NCBI GenBank assembly: GCA_034435615.1
Contig: DAOTWZ010000042.1
Location: 1,936-65,935 of the forward strand
Length of the DNA: 64,000 nt
Direction of reading: 5' to 3'
Origin: Dehalococcoidia bacterium
GTDB lineage: Bacteria > Chloroflexota > Dehalococcoidia > SM23-28-2 > HRBIN24
The notes beneath the pieces are model-generated. The model worked only from the letters and a program-made list of their open reading frames with translations, had not been told where the DNA came from and ran no database searches. Of the stretch, positions 1 through 9,195 are shown in pieces. The position numbers and the translations under genes were made by a program. The stretch's first letter is position 1. Every line of letters starts with the position of its first letter.

Positions 1-1
1 C

Positions 2-1180
2 GATGGTGTCCTGCCCATGGTGGCCCTGGCGCGGGAGCGGGGCCTGCGCACCGTCTACGTGCCCGAGGCCGACGCCGCCGAGGCCGCCCTGGTGGAAGGC
101 GTGCAGGTGCTGCCGGTGCCCAGCCTGTCCGCTCTGGCCGCTCACCTACAGGGCGAAGCTCCCCTCCCCCCCTATGTACGAGCGCGGGAGCCGGAGGCCC
201 TCCCCGGCGCCTGGGACGGGGTGGACTTCGCCCACATCCGGGGCCAGGAGCACGCCAAGCGGGCCCTGGAGGTGGCGGCCGCCGGCGGCCACAACGTGCT
301 CATGGTGGGGCCGCCGGGCGCCGGCAAGACGCTGCTGGCCCGCGCCCTGCCCGGCATCCTGCCCGGCATGACGCCCGCGGAGGCGCTGGAGGTGACGAAG
401 ATCTACTCGGTGGCCGGGCTCCTTCCCCCGGGCCAGCCCCTCCTGCAGCAGCGGCCCTTCCGCTCGCCCCATCACACCATCTCCCACGCCGGGCTGGTGG
501 GCGGCGGCCGCCTCCCCCGCCCCGGCGAGGTGACGCTGAGCCACCGCGGCGTCCTCTTCCTGGACGAGCTGCCGGAGTTCCCGCACTCCGTCCTGGAGGC
601 CATCCGCCAGCCCCTGGAAGACAGGAAGGTGACGGTGAGCCGCGCCCACGGCAACGTCACCTTCCCCGCCAGCTTCATGCTGGTGGCAGCCATGAACCCC
701 TGCCCCTGCGGCTTCTACGGCGACGGTCGTCGTCCCTGCACCTGCACCGAGGCCATGGTCAGCCGTTACCAGCGCCGCATCTCCGGGCCGCTACTGGACC
801 GCATAGACATCTTCCTGACGGTGCCGCGGGTGGAGCATGAGAAGCTGCTGACGGAGGAAGCGGTGGCCGAGCCCTCGGCGGCGGTCAGGGGGCGCGTAGA
901 GGCGGCCCGCCAGCGACAGCGGGAGCGCTTCGCCGGCAGCGCCATCTCCTGCAACGCCGAGATGGGGCCGGTGGAGGTGCGGGAGCACTGCCAGCGGCTG
1001 CTGGAAGAGGACGCTCGTTCCCTGCTCTCCCTGGCCCTGGGGCGCCTCTCCCTCTCCGCCCGCTCCTTTCACCGCGTTCTCAAGGTAGCCCGCACCATAG
1101 CCGACCTGGCCGGCTCCCCTACCATCTCCGCCTCTCATCTGGCGGAGGCGTTGCAGTACCGGCAGCGGGGCCAGGGCTAG
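2..1180 (+). CDS. comM: YifB/ComM family Mg-chelatase-like AAA+ ATPase, 5' end outside the window
   Basis: HNVLMVGPPGAGKT Walker A, RSPHHT, GEVTLSHRGVLFLDE, AMNPCPCG and SARSFHRVLKVARTIADL motifs; the frame is open back to the window edge. Confidence 0.9.
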   Translation, partial: DGVLPMVALARERGLRTVYVPEADAAEAALVEGVQVLPVPSLSALAAHLQGEAPLPPYVRAREPEALPGAWDGVDFAHIRGQEHAKRALEVAAAGGHNVLMVGPPGAGKTLLARALPGILPGMTPAEALEVTKIYSVAGLLPPGQPLLQQRPFRSPHHTISHAGLVGGGRLPRPGEVTLSHRGVLFLDELPEFPHSVLEAIRQPLEDRKVTVSRAHGNVTFPASFMLVAAMNPCPCGFYGDGRRPCTCTEAMVSRYQRRISGPLLDRIDIFLTVPRVEHEKLLTEEAVAEPSAAVRGRVEAARQRQRERFAGSAISCNAEMGPVEVREHCQRLLEEDARSLLSLALGRLSLSARSFHRVLKVARTIADLAGSPTISASHLAEALQYRQRGQG

Positions 1181-1189
1181 GCCCGCCCC

Positions 1190-1705
1190 CTAGCGAGCGT
1201 TGATCTGTCCCCGTATCTCTCCGCCGAGGTAGCTCTCCGTGTGGACGTTCACGTAGGTGGCGCCAGCCCGCATGGCCCGCACCATCTCGTCGAACTCTTC
1301 GGGGGCGATGCCCTGGCCCGCCGGCCCCACCACGTTACCGGCGGTAATGGTGCCGCTCACCGTCCCGGACGTGGGGCAGTCCGGCTTGCCGCCGCCCCCG
1401 CACAGGAAGGCGATGACGCCGCCGTTGACCCCTGGCTGCCCCAGGTGGATATGGGCGAAGCGCACCGTTCCTCCCTCCAGGCCGGAGTAGCTGAGCTCGT
1501 AGTGCAGGGTGTCGTCGTCCACCAGCTTGGCCCGGAAGGTGCCTGTGCCAGTGGTAGAGAGGCTGGGCACCTCCTGGAAGCTCTCCAGGTTGGCCCGGAA
1601 GTCCACTGTCTGGGGATGGGCTGAAGTCGGCCGGCCCAGGAGCGCCCAGAGGAGCGTCGCTGCGGCGGCCATGGCTGCTGCTGCGATGAGCGCTGACCTG
1701 CGCAT
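1190..1705 (-). CDS. Secreted CHRD-domain protein
   Basis: Hydrophobic signal peptide; FQEVP, AHIH-G-PG-NG, YVNVHT and GEIRGQI CHRD motifs. Confidence 0.85.
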   Translation of the reverse strand: MRRSALIAAAAMAAAATLLWALLGRPTSAHPQTVDFRANLESFQEVPSLSTTGTGTFRAKLVDDDTLHYELSYSGLEGGTVRFAHIHLGQPGVNGGVIAFLCGGGGKPDCPTSGTVSGTITAGNVVGPAGQGIAPEEFDEMVRAMRAGATYVNVHTESYLGGEIRGQINAR

Positions 1706-1792
1706 ATTCCTTCCCCCCTCGATGGCGAGCTTTTATCACCTTATACGCCTGCGGCTGCCGAAGGGTTCTCCCCCTTTGTTACACTGGGGACG

Positions 1793-2626
1793 ATGGCTGT
1801 CCCTCTCGACTCGGTGGAGACGCTGCAGCCCCTGCTCCTGAGCAGCCCCCTCGGCCTCCTCTCGGACATCGACGGGACGCTGAGCCCCATCGCCCCCCGT
1901 CCAGAGGAGGCCCGGGTGCCGGAGGGGGTGCGCCGCCACCTGCTGCAGCTCATAGAGGCCGGGGTGAGGGTCGCCTTCGTCACCGGTCGGCGGGCGGAGG
2001 TGGCCCGCCGCTGGCTGGACCTGCCGGGGGCGGTCTATGTGGGGAACCACGGGCTGGAGGCTTGGGACCGGGGACGCCTGCGGTTCGCCCCTGGCGTGAG
2101 GCCCTTCGTGGCCCGGGCACGGGCGGCCCTGGAGGAGCTGTCGCCCCTGGGGAGGCTGCCGGGCGTCCTCCTGGAGGAGAAGGGGCCGGTGCTGGCCATC
2201 CACTATCGCCTGGCGTCCGACCCCGAGCGGGCGCGGGAGCTCATCCTGGAGGCCGTCCGACTGTCCCCGGCGGCCCGCGCCTTCCAGGTGCACGAAGGGA
2301 AGATGGTAGTGGAGCTACGCCCCCCTCTGGGGATCGACAAGGGGCGGGCGGCCCGTCTCCTGGCCCGGCGCTGGCGGGGCGTCCTGGCCCTGGGAGATGA
2401 CACCACTGACGCCGATATGTTCCGCGCCCTGCGGGGCCTGCGGGGGAAGCGGGTGGCCTGTGTGGCCGTCCTGGGCGAGGGAACGCCAACGGCACTGCTG
2501 GAGCTGGCGGACTACACGGTGCCTGGAGTGAGCGGGGTGGAGTGGCTCCTGGGGGAGATGGTCAGAGCCCTTCGCCTTTGGAGACGGCCCGCAGGTCCCG
2601 CAACTGACGCTCCAGCCAGGACATGA
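1793..2626 (+). CDS. otsB: Trehalose-6-phosphate phosphatase (HAD IIB)
   Basis: SDIDGTLSPI HAD motif, VTGR, GNHGLE, GKMVVELRP, LGDDTTDADMF; adjacent to otsA. Confidence 0.9.
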   Translation: MAVPLDSVETLQPLLLSSPLGLLSDIDGTLSPIAPRPEEARVPEGVRRHLLQLIEAGVRVAFVTGRRAEVARRWLDLPGAVYVGNHGLEAWDRGRLRFAPGVRPFVARARAALEELSPLGRLPGVLLEEKGPVLAIHYRLASDPERARELILEAVRLSPAARAFQVHEGKMVVELRPPLGIDKGRAARLLARRWRGVLALGDDTTDADMFRALRGLRGKRVACVAVLGEGTPTALLELADYTVPGVSGVEWLLGEMVRALRLWRRPAGPATDAPART

Positions 2627-4091
2627 GGTCTTCCTCCTGGATGAGCCGCTTGAGGGCGGCGGCCCGGCGCTGACGCTCCTCCAGCGGCATGGTGAGGGCC
2701 TGGTAGAGGGCCTGCACCGTGCCTTCCAGGTCGGTGGGGCAGATGGAGAGGGCATACTCGCCGAGCTGCTCGTGGGCGCCGGCCATCTCGGAGAGGATGA
2801 GGACGCCATCCCCCTTGTTGACCAGCGGCCCCTCCTTGGCCACCAGGTTCATGCCGTCGATGATGGGGTTGACGAAGAGGACGTCGTAGAGGCGCATGGC
2901 GGCCACCGCCTGGGCGTAGTTGTGCTCGTAGAAGGCGTGGACGGGCTGCCAGTCCTCCTCGCCGTAGCGGTCATTGATAGCGTCGATGAGCTGGAAGACC
3001 TCGTCGGTATAGGTCCGGTAGACGCCCAGCTCGCTGCGGGATGGCACCAGGAACTGGAGGAGGGTGACGCGGCGGCGGAACTGGGGATAGCGCTCCAGGA
3101 GCTCCTCCCAGGCCCGCAGGCCGCGCAGGATGTTCTTGCTGGGCTCCGCCCGGTCCACCCGCACCACCGTCTGCTCCCCCAGGTAGCGGCGCAGGCGGGC
3201 CTGGTAGCGCTTAACCTCGTCGCTCTGGGCGTATTCCAGGAGCCCCTCGGCGTCCACGGAGATGGGGTAGCTGGCCACGTAGACGGTGTGGCCACGATAG
3301 GTGATGACGCTGTGGGAGTAGTCTATGGTGACGCCCCGCAGCATGGACTCGCAGCAGTAGAGGAAGTTGCGGGCGTCGCTGTCCGTCTGCAGGCCGACGA
3401 TATCGGCGGCGCAGAGGCTCTCGTGTATGGCCTCTCGCATGGGTCGGGGGAGGATGCCCCAGTAGCGGGGCGCCGGCCACGGGATATGGGTGAAGTGAAG
3501 TATCGTAGCCTGGGGCAGGAGGCGCCGCACCTCGGCGGTGGCCAGGTAGAGGTGGTAATCGTGGAGCATGACGTAGGGGGGCTCGGGGCTGGAGGCGGCC
3601 TCCGCCGCCACCGCCTGGGCGAAGGCGCGGTTGACGGGGATGTAGCCGCCCTCCCAGGCCTCGTGGGCGGCTCGGCCCAGGTTGGGGCTGCGAGGGGTGT
3701 TCCACATGTAGTGCTGGAGGAACCAGAGGAGTGGGTTGGCGAAGACGTAGTAGAAACGCTGGTAGACGCTGCGGGGGACGCTGACGAAGCGGATGCGCAT
3801 GTCCTGGTCCGGAAGGTCGATGGCGCCGCCCGCTTCCTCGGTGGCGCGGCGGTCTCCCTCCGTCATGGCTGAGGCGACCCAGATGGGCGAGACGAAGCGG
3901 CTGACGGCGGAGAGAGCGGTCACCAAGCCGCCGCTGCCCCGCTGGGGCCGCAGGCTGCCGTCGGCCTCCACGTGGAACTCCACGGGGCCGCGGTTGCTGG
4001 CGATGATGAGTCGTCGGGAGGCCAGCATCTCGCGGCAGAGGGCCTCCAGGCGCTCCAGCTTGCGGGCGCGGTCCAGACTGCTCGTCTGCAT
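2562..4091 (-). CDS. otsA: Trehalose-6-phosphate synthase (GT20)
   Basis: SNRGP, GGLVTAL, HDYHLYL, HFTHIPWP, VDRAEPSK, DGMNLVAKE and LSEMAGA motifs; start taken at ATG 4091. Confidence 0.92.
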   Translation of the reverse strand: MQTSSLDRARKLERLEALCREMLASRRLIIASNRGPVEFHVEADGSLRPQRGSGGLVTALSAVSRFVSPIWVASAMTEGDRRATEEAGGAIDLPDQDMRIRFVSVPRSVYQRFYYVFANPLLWFLQHYMWNTPRSPNLGRAAHEAWEGGYIPVNRAFAQAVAAEAASSPEPPYVMLHDYHLYLATAEVRRLLPQATILHFTHIPWPAPRYWGILPRPMREAIHESLCAADIVGLQTDSDARNFLYCCESMLRGVTIDYSHSVITYRGHTVYVASYPISVDAEGLLEYAQSDEVKRYQARLRRYLGEQTVVRVDRAEPSKNILRGLRAWEELLERYPQFRRRVTLLQFLVPSRSELGVYRTYTDEVFQLIDAINDRYGEEDWQPVHAFYEHNYAQAVAAMRLYDVLFVNPIIDGMNLVAKEGPLVNKGDGVLILSEMAGAHEQLGEYALSICPTDLEGTVQALYQALTMPLEERQRRAAALKRLIQEEDLMSWLERQLRDLRAVSKGEGL

Positions 4092-4179
4092 CTTCTCTCC
4101 GGCAAGGATTGCCCAAGCCGCCATAGCCTGTCAACCGCGAGGGCCGGGAGGGCCCGGCAGAGGTCATCATCGCCTGGGC

Positions 4180-4208
4180 TTGAAGGGGGGAGGCGAGGTG
4201 GTTAAGAT
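4180..4208 (+). promoter_or_regulatory. Sigma70-type promoter for tRNA-Arg
   Basis: TTGAAG (4180-85), 17 bp spacer, TAAGAT (4203-08), 22 bp upstream of the tRNA. Confidence 0.6.
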
Positions 4209-4230
4209 TAGGCTTGGGAATGCATCCCGC

Positions 4231-4307
4231 GCCCCCGTAGCTCAGTCGGATAGAGCGCCGGCCTCCGGAGCCGGAGACCGTGGGTTCGAGTCCCACCGGG
4301 GGTACCA
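4231..4307 (+). tRNA. tRNA-Arg(CCG)
   Basis: GCCCCCG/CGGGGGT acceptor stem, D arm TAGCTCAGTCGGATAGAGC, anticodon loop CTCCGGA, GGTTCGAGTCC T arm, encoded CCA. Confidence 0.95.
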
Positions 4308-4514
4308 GCGAGGCGAGCTCCTCCAGCGACCCCCGAGGCCAGGGCTGCCTCGTCCCGACCACCGCTGCAGGGAGCGCCCCCACCACCTAGCCCATACCCT
4401 GGCGGCAAAGGGCATACGGACTACCCCCGGCATCGCCCGCGCGCCCGCCTGGGCAGCGTGTCCCCTCCGGACGGCCCGCCGCTACAGGGGGAAGACGGGT
4501 CAGGCGCCAGGACG

Positions 4515-4745
4515 CTAGACGCCCCGCAACTCCTCCTCTGTCATCACCCTGAAGCCCACCTTCATCTGCACCTGGAACTGCGTCACCCGGCCGTTCTGAA
4601 TGACGCCCCGGATCTGCGTCACCTCGATCCAGTCCAGCCCCTTCAGGGTCTGGGAGGCGCGCGCCACCGCGTTCTGGATGGCCTCCGATACGCTGTTCTC
4701 CGAGACCCCCACCAGCTCGATGAGCTTGTATGTCCTCTCGGGCAT
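4515..4745 (-). CDS. Dodecin (flavin-binding)
   Basis: YKLIELVGVSENSVSEAIQNAV...LDWIEV...FQVQMKVGF; 76 aa from ATG 4745. Confidence 0.92.
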   Translation of the reverse strand: MPERTYKLIELVGVSENSVSEAIQNAVARASQTLKGLDWIEVTQIRGVIQNGRVTQFQVQMKVGFRVMTEEELRGV

Positions 4746-4901
4746 AGCCACCGCCCCCTTCCGTCTGGAGAGTGGCCGCAGCATAGCAGGAGCCCTGTAC
4801 CCTGTCAACGGCACTTTCCACAGCGGAGGGCCCGGACAGAGACCATCACGAGGGGAGGCCTTATACTAGTGTTGGCCGTAGCCAGGCCAGGAGGTATCGT
4901 C

Positions 4902-5699
4902 CTGAGCAGACGCGAGCAGCGCCGACGCCCTCTGCCCCGCCGGAGGCGGGCGGGCCCTCCCTTCCCCCTCAACATCATCTTCAGCAGCAAGACCGTCTAT
5001 GTCATCTTCATCGTGGTCATCATCGCCAGCATGGCAGCGGTGGGGCTGGGCGGCATCACCGGGGGGCAGCAGACCACCGCCCGCCAGGAGCCAAGTCCCG
5101 TCCCCTCCCCCACCCCCGGGCAGACGCCCACCAACATCCCGCAGTTCAGCAACCCGGAGCAGGTCATCGAGCCGGGCAGGAGTTATGAGGCAGTGCTGGA
5201 GACGGAGAAGGGAAGGATACGCATTCAGCTATTCGCTGACCGGGCGCCCCAGGCGGTGAACAGCTTCGTCTTTCTGGCCCAGCGAGGCTTCTACAACGGC
5301 CTCGTCTTCCACATCGTGCGGCGGGACGCCGGCTTCGCCCAGGCCGGCGACCCTACCTGCCGGGCGGATGGCTCCCTGCCCTGCACCGGGGCGGCCGGCC
5401 CGGGCTATACGCTGCCGTTCGAGGACAGCGGCGTGGGGCACGTGCGGGGAGCGGTGGCTATGGCACCCATCGCCGGCGGGGGAGACATCAGCGGCAGCCA
5501 GTTCTACATAGTCCTGCGCGACCATCCCCTGTGGGACGGCCGGGACACCGTCTTCGGCCAGGTGGTGGAGGGGATGGAGGTGGTGGAGTCCCTGACGGAG
5601 CGCAACCCCTGTTTCGAGGAGCCCAGCCCCCAGAACCCCTGCCAGGAGGCCCCACCGAGGGGGGACGCCATCCTCAGCGTCCAGGTCCGGTCCAGCTAG
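4902..5699 (+). CDS. Membrane-anchored cyclophilin-type peptidyl-prolyl isomerase
   Basis: TEKGRIRIQLFADRAPQAVNSF, GFYNGLVFH, QAGDP, GAVAMA, SGSQFYI, TVFGQVVEGMEVV; N-terminal TM helix; start uncertain (CTG 4902 follows a GGAGGT SD). Confidence 0.85.
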   Translation: MSRREQRRRPLPRRRRAGPPFPLNIIFSSKTVYVIFIVVIIASMAAVGLGGITGGQQTTARQEPSPVPSPTPGQTPTNIPQFSNPEQVIEPGRSYEAVLETEKGRIRIQLFADRAPQAVNSFVFLAQRGFYNGLVFHIVRRDAGFAQAGDPTCRADGSLPCTGAAGPGYTLPFEDSGVGHVRGAVAMAPIAGGGDISGSQFYIVLRDHPLWDGRDTVFGQVVEGMEVVESLTERNPCFEEPSPQNPCQEAPPRGDAILSVQVRSS

Positions 5700-5705
5700 T
5701 CAAGG

Positions 5706-5942
5706 TCAGTGACGGAACTCCGGCCTGTCCCGGCCGGGCCCCTGTGCTGGCGGCTGGGGAGGCTGGCCCTGGCCCCTGCCCTCCCCCTCTGCGGGCTCGT
5801 TGGGCTCCCGCAGCTCGCGGCGGAACTCCCGGATAGCCCGTCCCAGGGCGCCGCCCACACCGGCCAGCCGCGTCGCTCCGAAGAGGAGGACGACGATGGC
5901 CAAAATTATCAGGAGTTCGGGGACGCCCAGGTTGAAAGGCAT
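5706..5942 (-). CDS. tatA: Twin-arginine translocase TatA/TatE
   Basis: LGVPELLIILAIVVLLFGATRL...GRAIREFR. Confidence 0.93.
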   Translation of the reverse strand: MPFNLGVPELLIILAIVVLLFGATRLAGVGGALGRAIREFRRELREPNEPAEGEGRGQGQPPQPPAQGPGRDRPEFRH

Positions 5943-6010
5943 ACTTCCGACGCCTCCTTACTGTCCCCGGCCAGCATAGCACCCCGGCCCTGGGGTGGCA
6001 AGGCGATGGC

Positions 6011-6202
6011 CTAGCGCTCGGCCAGGCGTTCTATGAAGAACATCAGGAAGATGAACAGCAGGGTGGCCGCCAGGAAGCCCAGCCCCAGGTGCCAGATGCC
6101 ACCGATGAGCAGGAAGACGCCGAGGGCGGCGCAGAAGCCCACGCCGGAGACGATGACGATGCGGGCGATGACCAGGGAGAGGGGCGGCGGTGGCTGCTGC
6201 AT
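6011..6202 (-). CDS. Small two-TM membrane protein of unknown function
   Basis: 63 aa with two hydrophobic helices, co-oriented upstream of tatA. Confidence 0.6.
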   Translation of the reverse strand: MQQPPPPLSLVIARIVIVSGVGFCAALGVFLLIGGIWHLGLGFLAATLLFIFLMFFIERLAER

Positions 6203-6302
6203 ACCCTTTGGATTATGGGCCGCCAGCGACGTTTAGCTCAAGGTGCCTTGCCCAAGCTGCCCTCTCTGGGAATAATGAAGGCGACATCGGACGGGGGGCG
6301 GC

Positions 6303-7766
6303 ATGGACTGGCGAGAGGAGTACAGGCGCAGGCTCGCCTCGGCCGACGAGGCGATGCGGCTGGTTCAGCCTGGCCAGCGGGTGGTCATGGCCATGGCCGG
6401 GCCTCGCGTCCTGCCGGAGGCCCTCTTTCGCCGCGGTCAGGAGCTGGGCGGCATCGACCTCCGGCTGTCCAACCCCATCAGGGACCCCGGCTGGTACCAG
6501 GTGGGGATGGAGCAGCTCTTTCGCATCGAGTTCGAGCTCTTCATCGGCGACTTCTCCCGTCCTGTCCACGACGAGCACCGGGCCACTTACCTTCCCAACC
6601 TCTTCAGCACCAACTTCAAGACGCTGGACGAGGGCCGGCCGGAGCGCAAGGAGATAGACGTCTACCTGGTGAACGTCACTCCTCCCGACGAGCAGGGGCG
6701 CGTCTACTTCGGCATCCACAACTGGAACAAGCGGGGCTACGTCCGCCGCGCTCGCACCGTCATCGCCGAGGTGGACCCCAGCCTGGTCCCCGTCTGCGGG
6801 GACAACTGGGTGCACGTATCGGAGATAGACGCTTTCGTGGAGGTGCCGCCCATCACCATCAACGAGGCCGTGGTCCAGGCCTGGCTGCGCCGTGTGCCGG
6901 ACGAGGGGCTGCGGGCCCAGTACCAGGCCATAGTGGACGAGCTGCCGGACCTGGAGCGGCTGCTCCTCCTGGGGCCCGCCTTCGTGCGGGTGCCGCCGGA
7001 GGCGGCCCGTCTGGTGCTGGGACTGGCGGAGCTGCCGCCGGCCTACAGGGCCATCGCCGGCTATCTCTCTGAGCTGGTGCCCAACGGCGCCACCATCCAG
7101 ATAGGCATCGGCGAGCCCAGCATGTACATGGTGCGGGCGGGCGCCTTCGACGGTAAAGAAGACCTGGGGATCCACACGGAGATGGCCTGCCCGGGGATGG
7201 CCAGCCTGGTGGCGCGGGGCATCGTCACTGGCCGCCGCAAGACCCTCCACTGGGGTAAGGCGGTGGCCGCCGCCTGGAGTGGCTCCGACGAGCAGGACAT
7301 ACGGCTGGTGGCCGGCAACCCCACCTTCCAGGTGTATGACCCCGAATATGTCTTGGACCTGCGCACCCTGGGCCAGATCGATAATTTCTACGCCATCAAC
7401 AACGCCATCTCCGTGGACCTCTTCGGGCAGATCAACTCGGAGAGCGTGTTCGGGCCGCGCATGGTGAACGGCACCGGGGGCCAGCCGGAGCTGCACCTGG
7501 GCGCCTTCATCTCGCGGGGCGGGCGGGCCATAACCCTCCTCCCCTCCACCGCCCTGGGGGGCGCCGTCTCCCGTATCGTCGGCACGCACGAGGCCGGCTC
7601 CCTGGTTACCATCCCCCGCTTCTTCGCCGATACGGTCATCACGGAGTACGGAGTGGCCCGCCTGGCGGGGAAGAACCACCGGGAGCGGGCGGAGGAGCTC
7701 ATAGCGGTGGCCCACCCCGACTTCCGGGCGGAGCTGCGACGGGAGGCCCAGCGCCTCTTCTGGTGA
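6303..7766 (+). CDS. Acetyl-CoA hydrolase / 4-hydroxybutyrate CoA-transferase family protein
   Basis: ATIQIGIG, LGIHTEM (catalytic Glu), INNAISVDLFGQ, GTGGQ, DTVITEYGVARL, LIAVAHPDFR. Confidence 0.88.
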   Translation: MDWREEYRRRLASADEAMRLVQPGQRVVMAMAGPRVLPEALFRRGQELGGIDLRLSNPIRDPGWYQVGMEQLFRIEFELFIGDFSRPVHDEHRATYLPNLFSTNFKTLDEGRPERKEIDVYLVNVTPPDEQGRVYFGIHNWNKRGYVRRARTVIAEVDPSLVPVCGDNWVHVSEIDAFVEVPPITINEAVVQAWLRRVPDEGLRAQYQAIVDELPDLERLLLLGPAFVRVPPEAARLVLGLAELPPAYRAIAGYLSELVPNGATIQIGIGEPSMYMVRAGAFDGKEDLGIHTEMACPGMASLVARGIVTGRRKTLHWGKAVAAAWSGSDEQDIRLVAGNPTFQVYDPEYVLDLRTLGQIDNFYAINNAISVDLFGQINSESVFGPRMVNGTGGQPELHLGAFISRGGRAITLLPSTALGGAVSRIVGTHEAGSLVTIPRFFADTVITEYGVARLAGKNHRERAEELIAVAHPDFRAELRREAQRLFW

Positions 7767-7837
7767 GGCTGGCCTGGCCAGGGCGGGGCGTAGACCGCTG
7801 CGCCCCTATAATGGAGACGGAGGCTATCAAGGCCACC

Positions 7838-8164
7838 ATGAAGACGATGCGCATCAAGTGGCGCAGAGTGCTCGTTTTGCCCCGCGCCCGCCTCCTCCGC
7901 GCCGAGCGAGGGGCGGAGGGGCAGACGGCGGAGCTGGCCATAGAGGGGCTGGTGTGCGACCTCTGCGCCGCCCGCGTGCAGCGGGCCCTGCTGGCCCTGC
8001 CGGGGGTGGAGGAGGCCCGGGTGGACCTGGAGTCCGGGCGGGCCATCGTGCGGGGGCGGGGCGCCCTGGAGGCGGAGCGCCTGAGAGAGGCCGTGCGCCT
8101 GCAGGTGCTGCTGTGGCCCCTCCGCCGGCTCCTGTCCCTGCTCTCCAGACCGCGCAGGAGGTAG
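7838..8164 (+). CDS. Heavy-metal-associated (HMA) domain protein
   Basis: IEGLVCDLCAARVQRALLALPGVEEARVDL; start uncertain, TATAAT at 7807-12. Confidence 0.8.
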   Translation: MKTMRIKWRRVLVLPRARLLRAERGAEGQTAELAIEGLVCDLCAARVQRALLALPGVEEARVDLESGRAIVRGRGALEAERLREAVRLQVLLWPLRRLLSLLSRPRRR

Positions 8165-8167
8165 GAA

Positions 8168-9022
8168 ATGAAGGTCGGTGCCCACGTATCGGCGGCTGGC
8201 GGCGTGGACAGGGCCATAGACCGCGCCCTGGAGATGGGCGCCGAGGCGGTGCAGATATTCGTGGCGGCGCCCCAGAGCTGGCGCCGTCGCACCCTCACCC
8301 CTGAGGAGATAGAGGCCTTCCGCGCCAAGGTGGCGGAGAGCGGCGTGGGGCCCAACTTCGCCCACGGCCCCTACCTGATCAACCTGGCCGCCGCCGATCC
8401 GGACCATCTTGCCAAGTCCGTGGACGCCCTGGTCAAGGACATGGAGGCCTGCCACGCCCTGGGCCTCAAGGGGGTCATCTTCCACCTGGGGAGCCATCGC
8501 GGGGCGGGGCTGGAGGCGGTGGAGCGGCAGATCGTGCAGGCGCTGGTGAAGGTGCTGGAGGCGACGCCGGAGGACACCTGGCTGGTGCTGGAGAACTCGG
8601 CCGGCATGGGCGGCTCCGTGGGCTCCCGCTTCCGGGAGCTGGGCCAGCTCCTGAAGGCGGCGGCCAGCCCCCGCCTCCGGGTCTGCCTGGACACGCAGCA
8701 CATGTTCGCTGCCGGCTACGACGTGACGACGCGCCAGGGACTGGAGGCCGCCATGGAAGAGTTCGACCGCGAGGTGGGGCTGGAGTGCCTGGTGGCCGTC
8801 CACGCCAACGATTCCAAGTGCCCCCTGGGCGGCGGCAAGGACCGCCACGAGAATATCGGCCAGGGGCACATAGGGCGCGAGGGCTTTCTGAACATCATCT
8901 CCCACCCTGCCTTCCGGGAGCTGGCCTTCTTCCTGGAGGTGCCGGGCTACGATGGCGAGGGCCCTGACAAGCCCAATGTGGACGCTCTGAAGGAGCTGCG
9001 GACCCTGGCCCTGGGTGGATGA
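8168..9022 (+). CDS. nfo: Endonuclease IV
   Basis: KVGAHVSAAGG, HGPYLINLA, FHLGS, LENSAG, CLDTQHMFAAG, HANDSK, DRHENIG. Confidence 0.95.
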   Translation: MKVGAHVSAAGGVDRAIDRALEMGAEAVQIFVAAPQSWRRRTLTPEEIEAFRAKVAESGVGPNFAHGPYLINLAAADPDHLAKSVDALVKDMEACHALGLKGVIFHLGSHRGAGLEAVERQIVQALVKVLEATPEDTWLVLENSAGMGGSVGSRFRELGQLLKAAASPRLRVCLDTQHMFAAGYDVTTRQGLEAAMEEFDREVGLECLVAVHANDSKCPLGGGKDRHENIGQGHIGREGFLNIISHPAFRELAFFLEVPGYDGEGPDKPNVDALKELRTLALGG

Positions 9023-9189
9023 CGGCGCTGCCCCTCTCCGGGATACGGTCCCGCTTTGACTGACGAGTCCGAGGGAAGATTCACGCTTCTTTTACGTCTT
9101 TGACGTCTTCTGATCTGTAATGATCGCTTTTATCGACTTAGAATGCCACAGAGAGGACGAAAGGCGCCCGGAAGGGGCGCCCGCCATCC
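9017..9189. ncRNA. Candidate rod-like structured RNA containing a hammerhead-like core
   Basis: Six nested helices found by eye; CTGACGA-GTCC...GGAC-GAAA; see findings. Confidence 0.3.
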
Positions 9190-9195
9190 GTACCT

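Noticed and set aside
4308-4514. Integration site at tRNA-Arg
   Set aside because: No duplicated 3' end or integrase found nearby
9060-9162. Canonical hammerhead ribozyme (types I-III)
   Set aside because: No stem I plus NUH cleavage site could be assembled by hand; kept only as a candidate in findings
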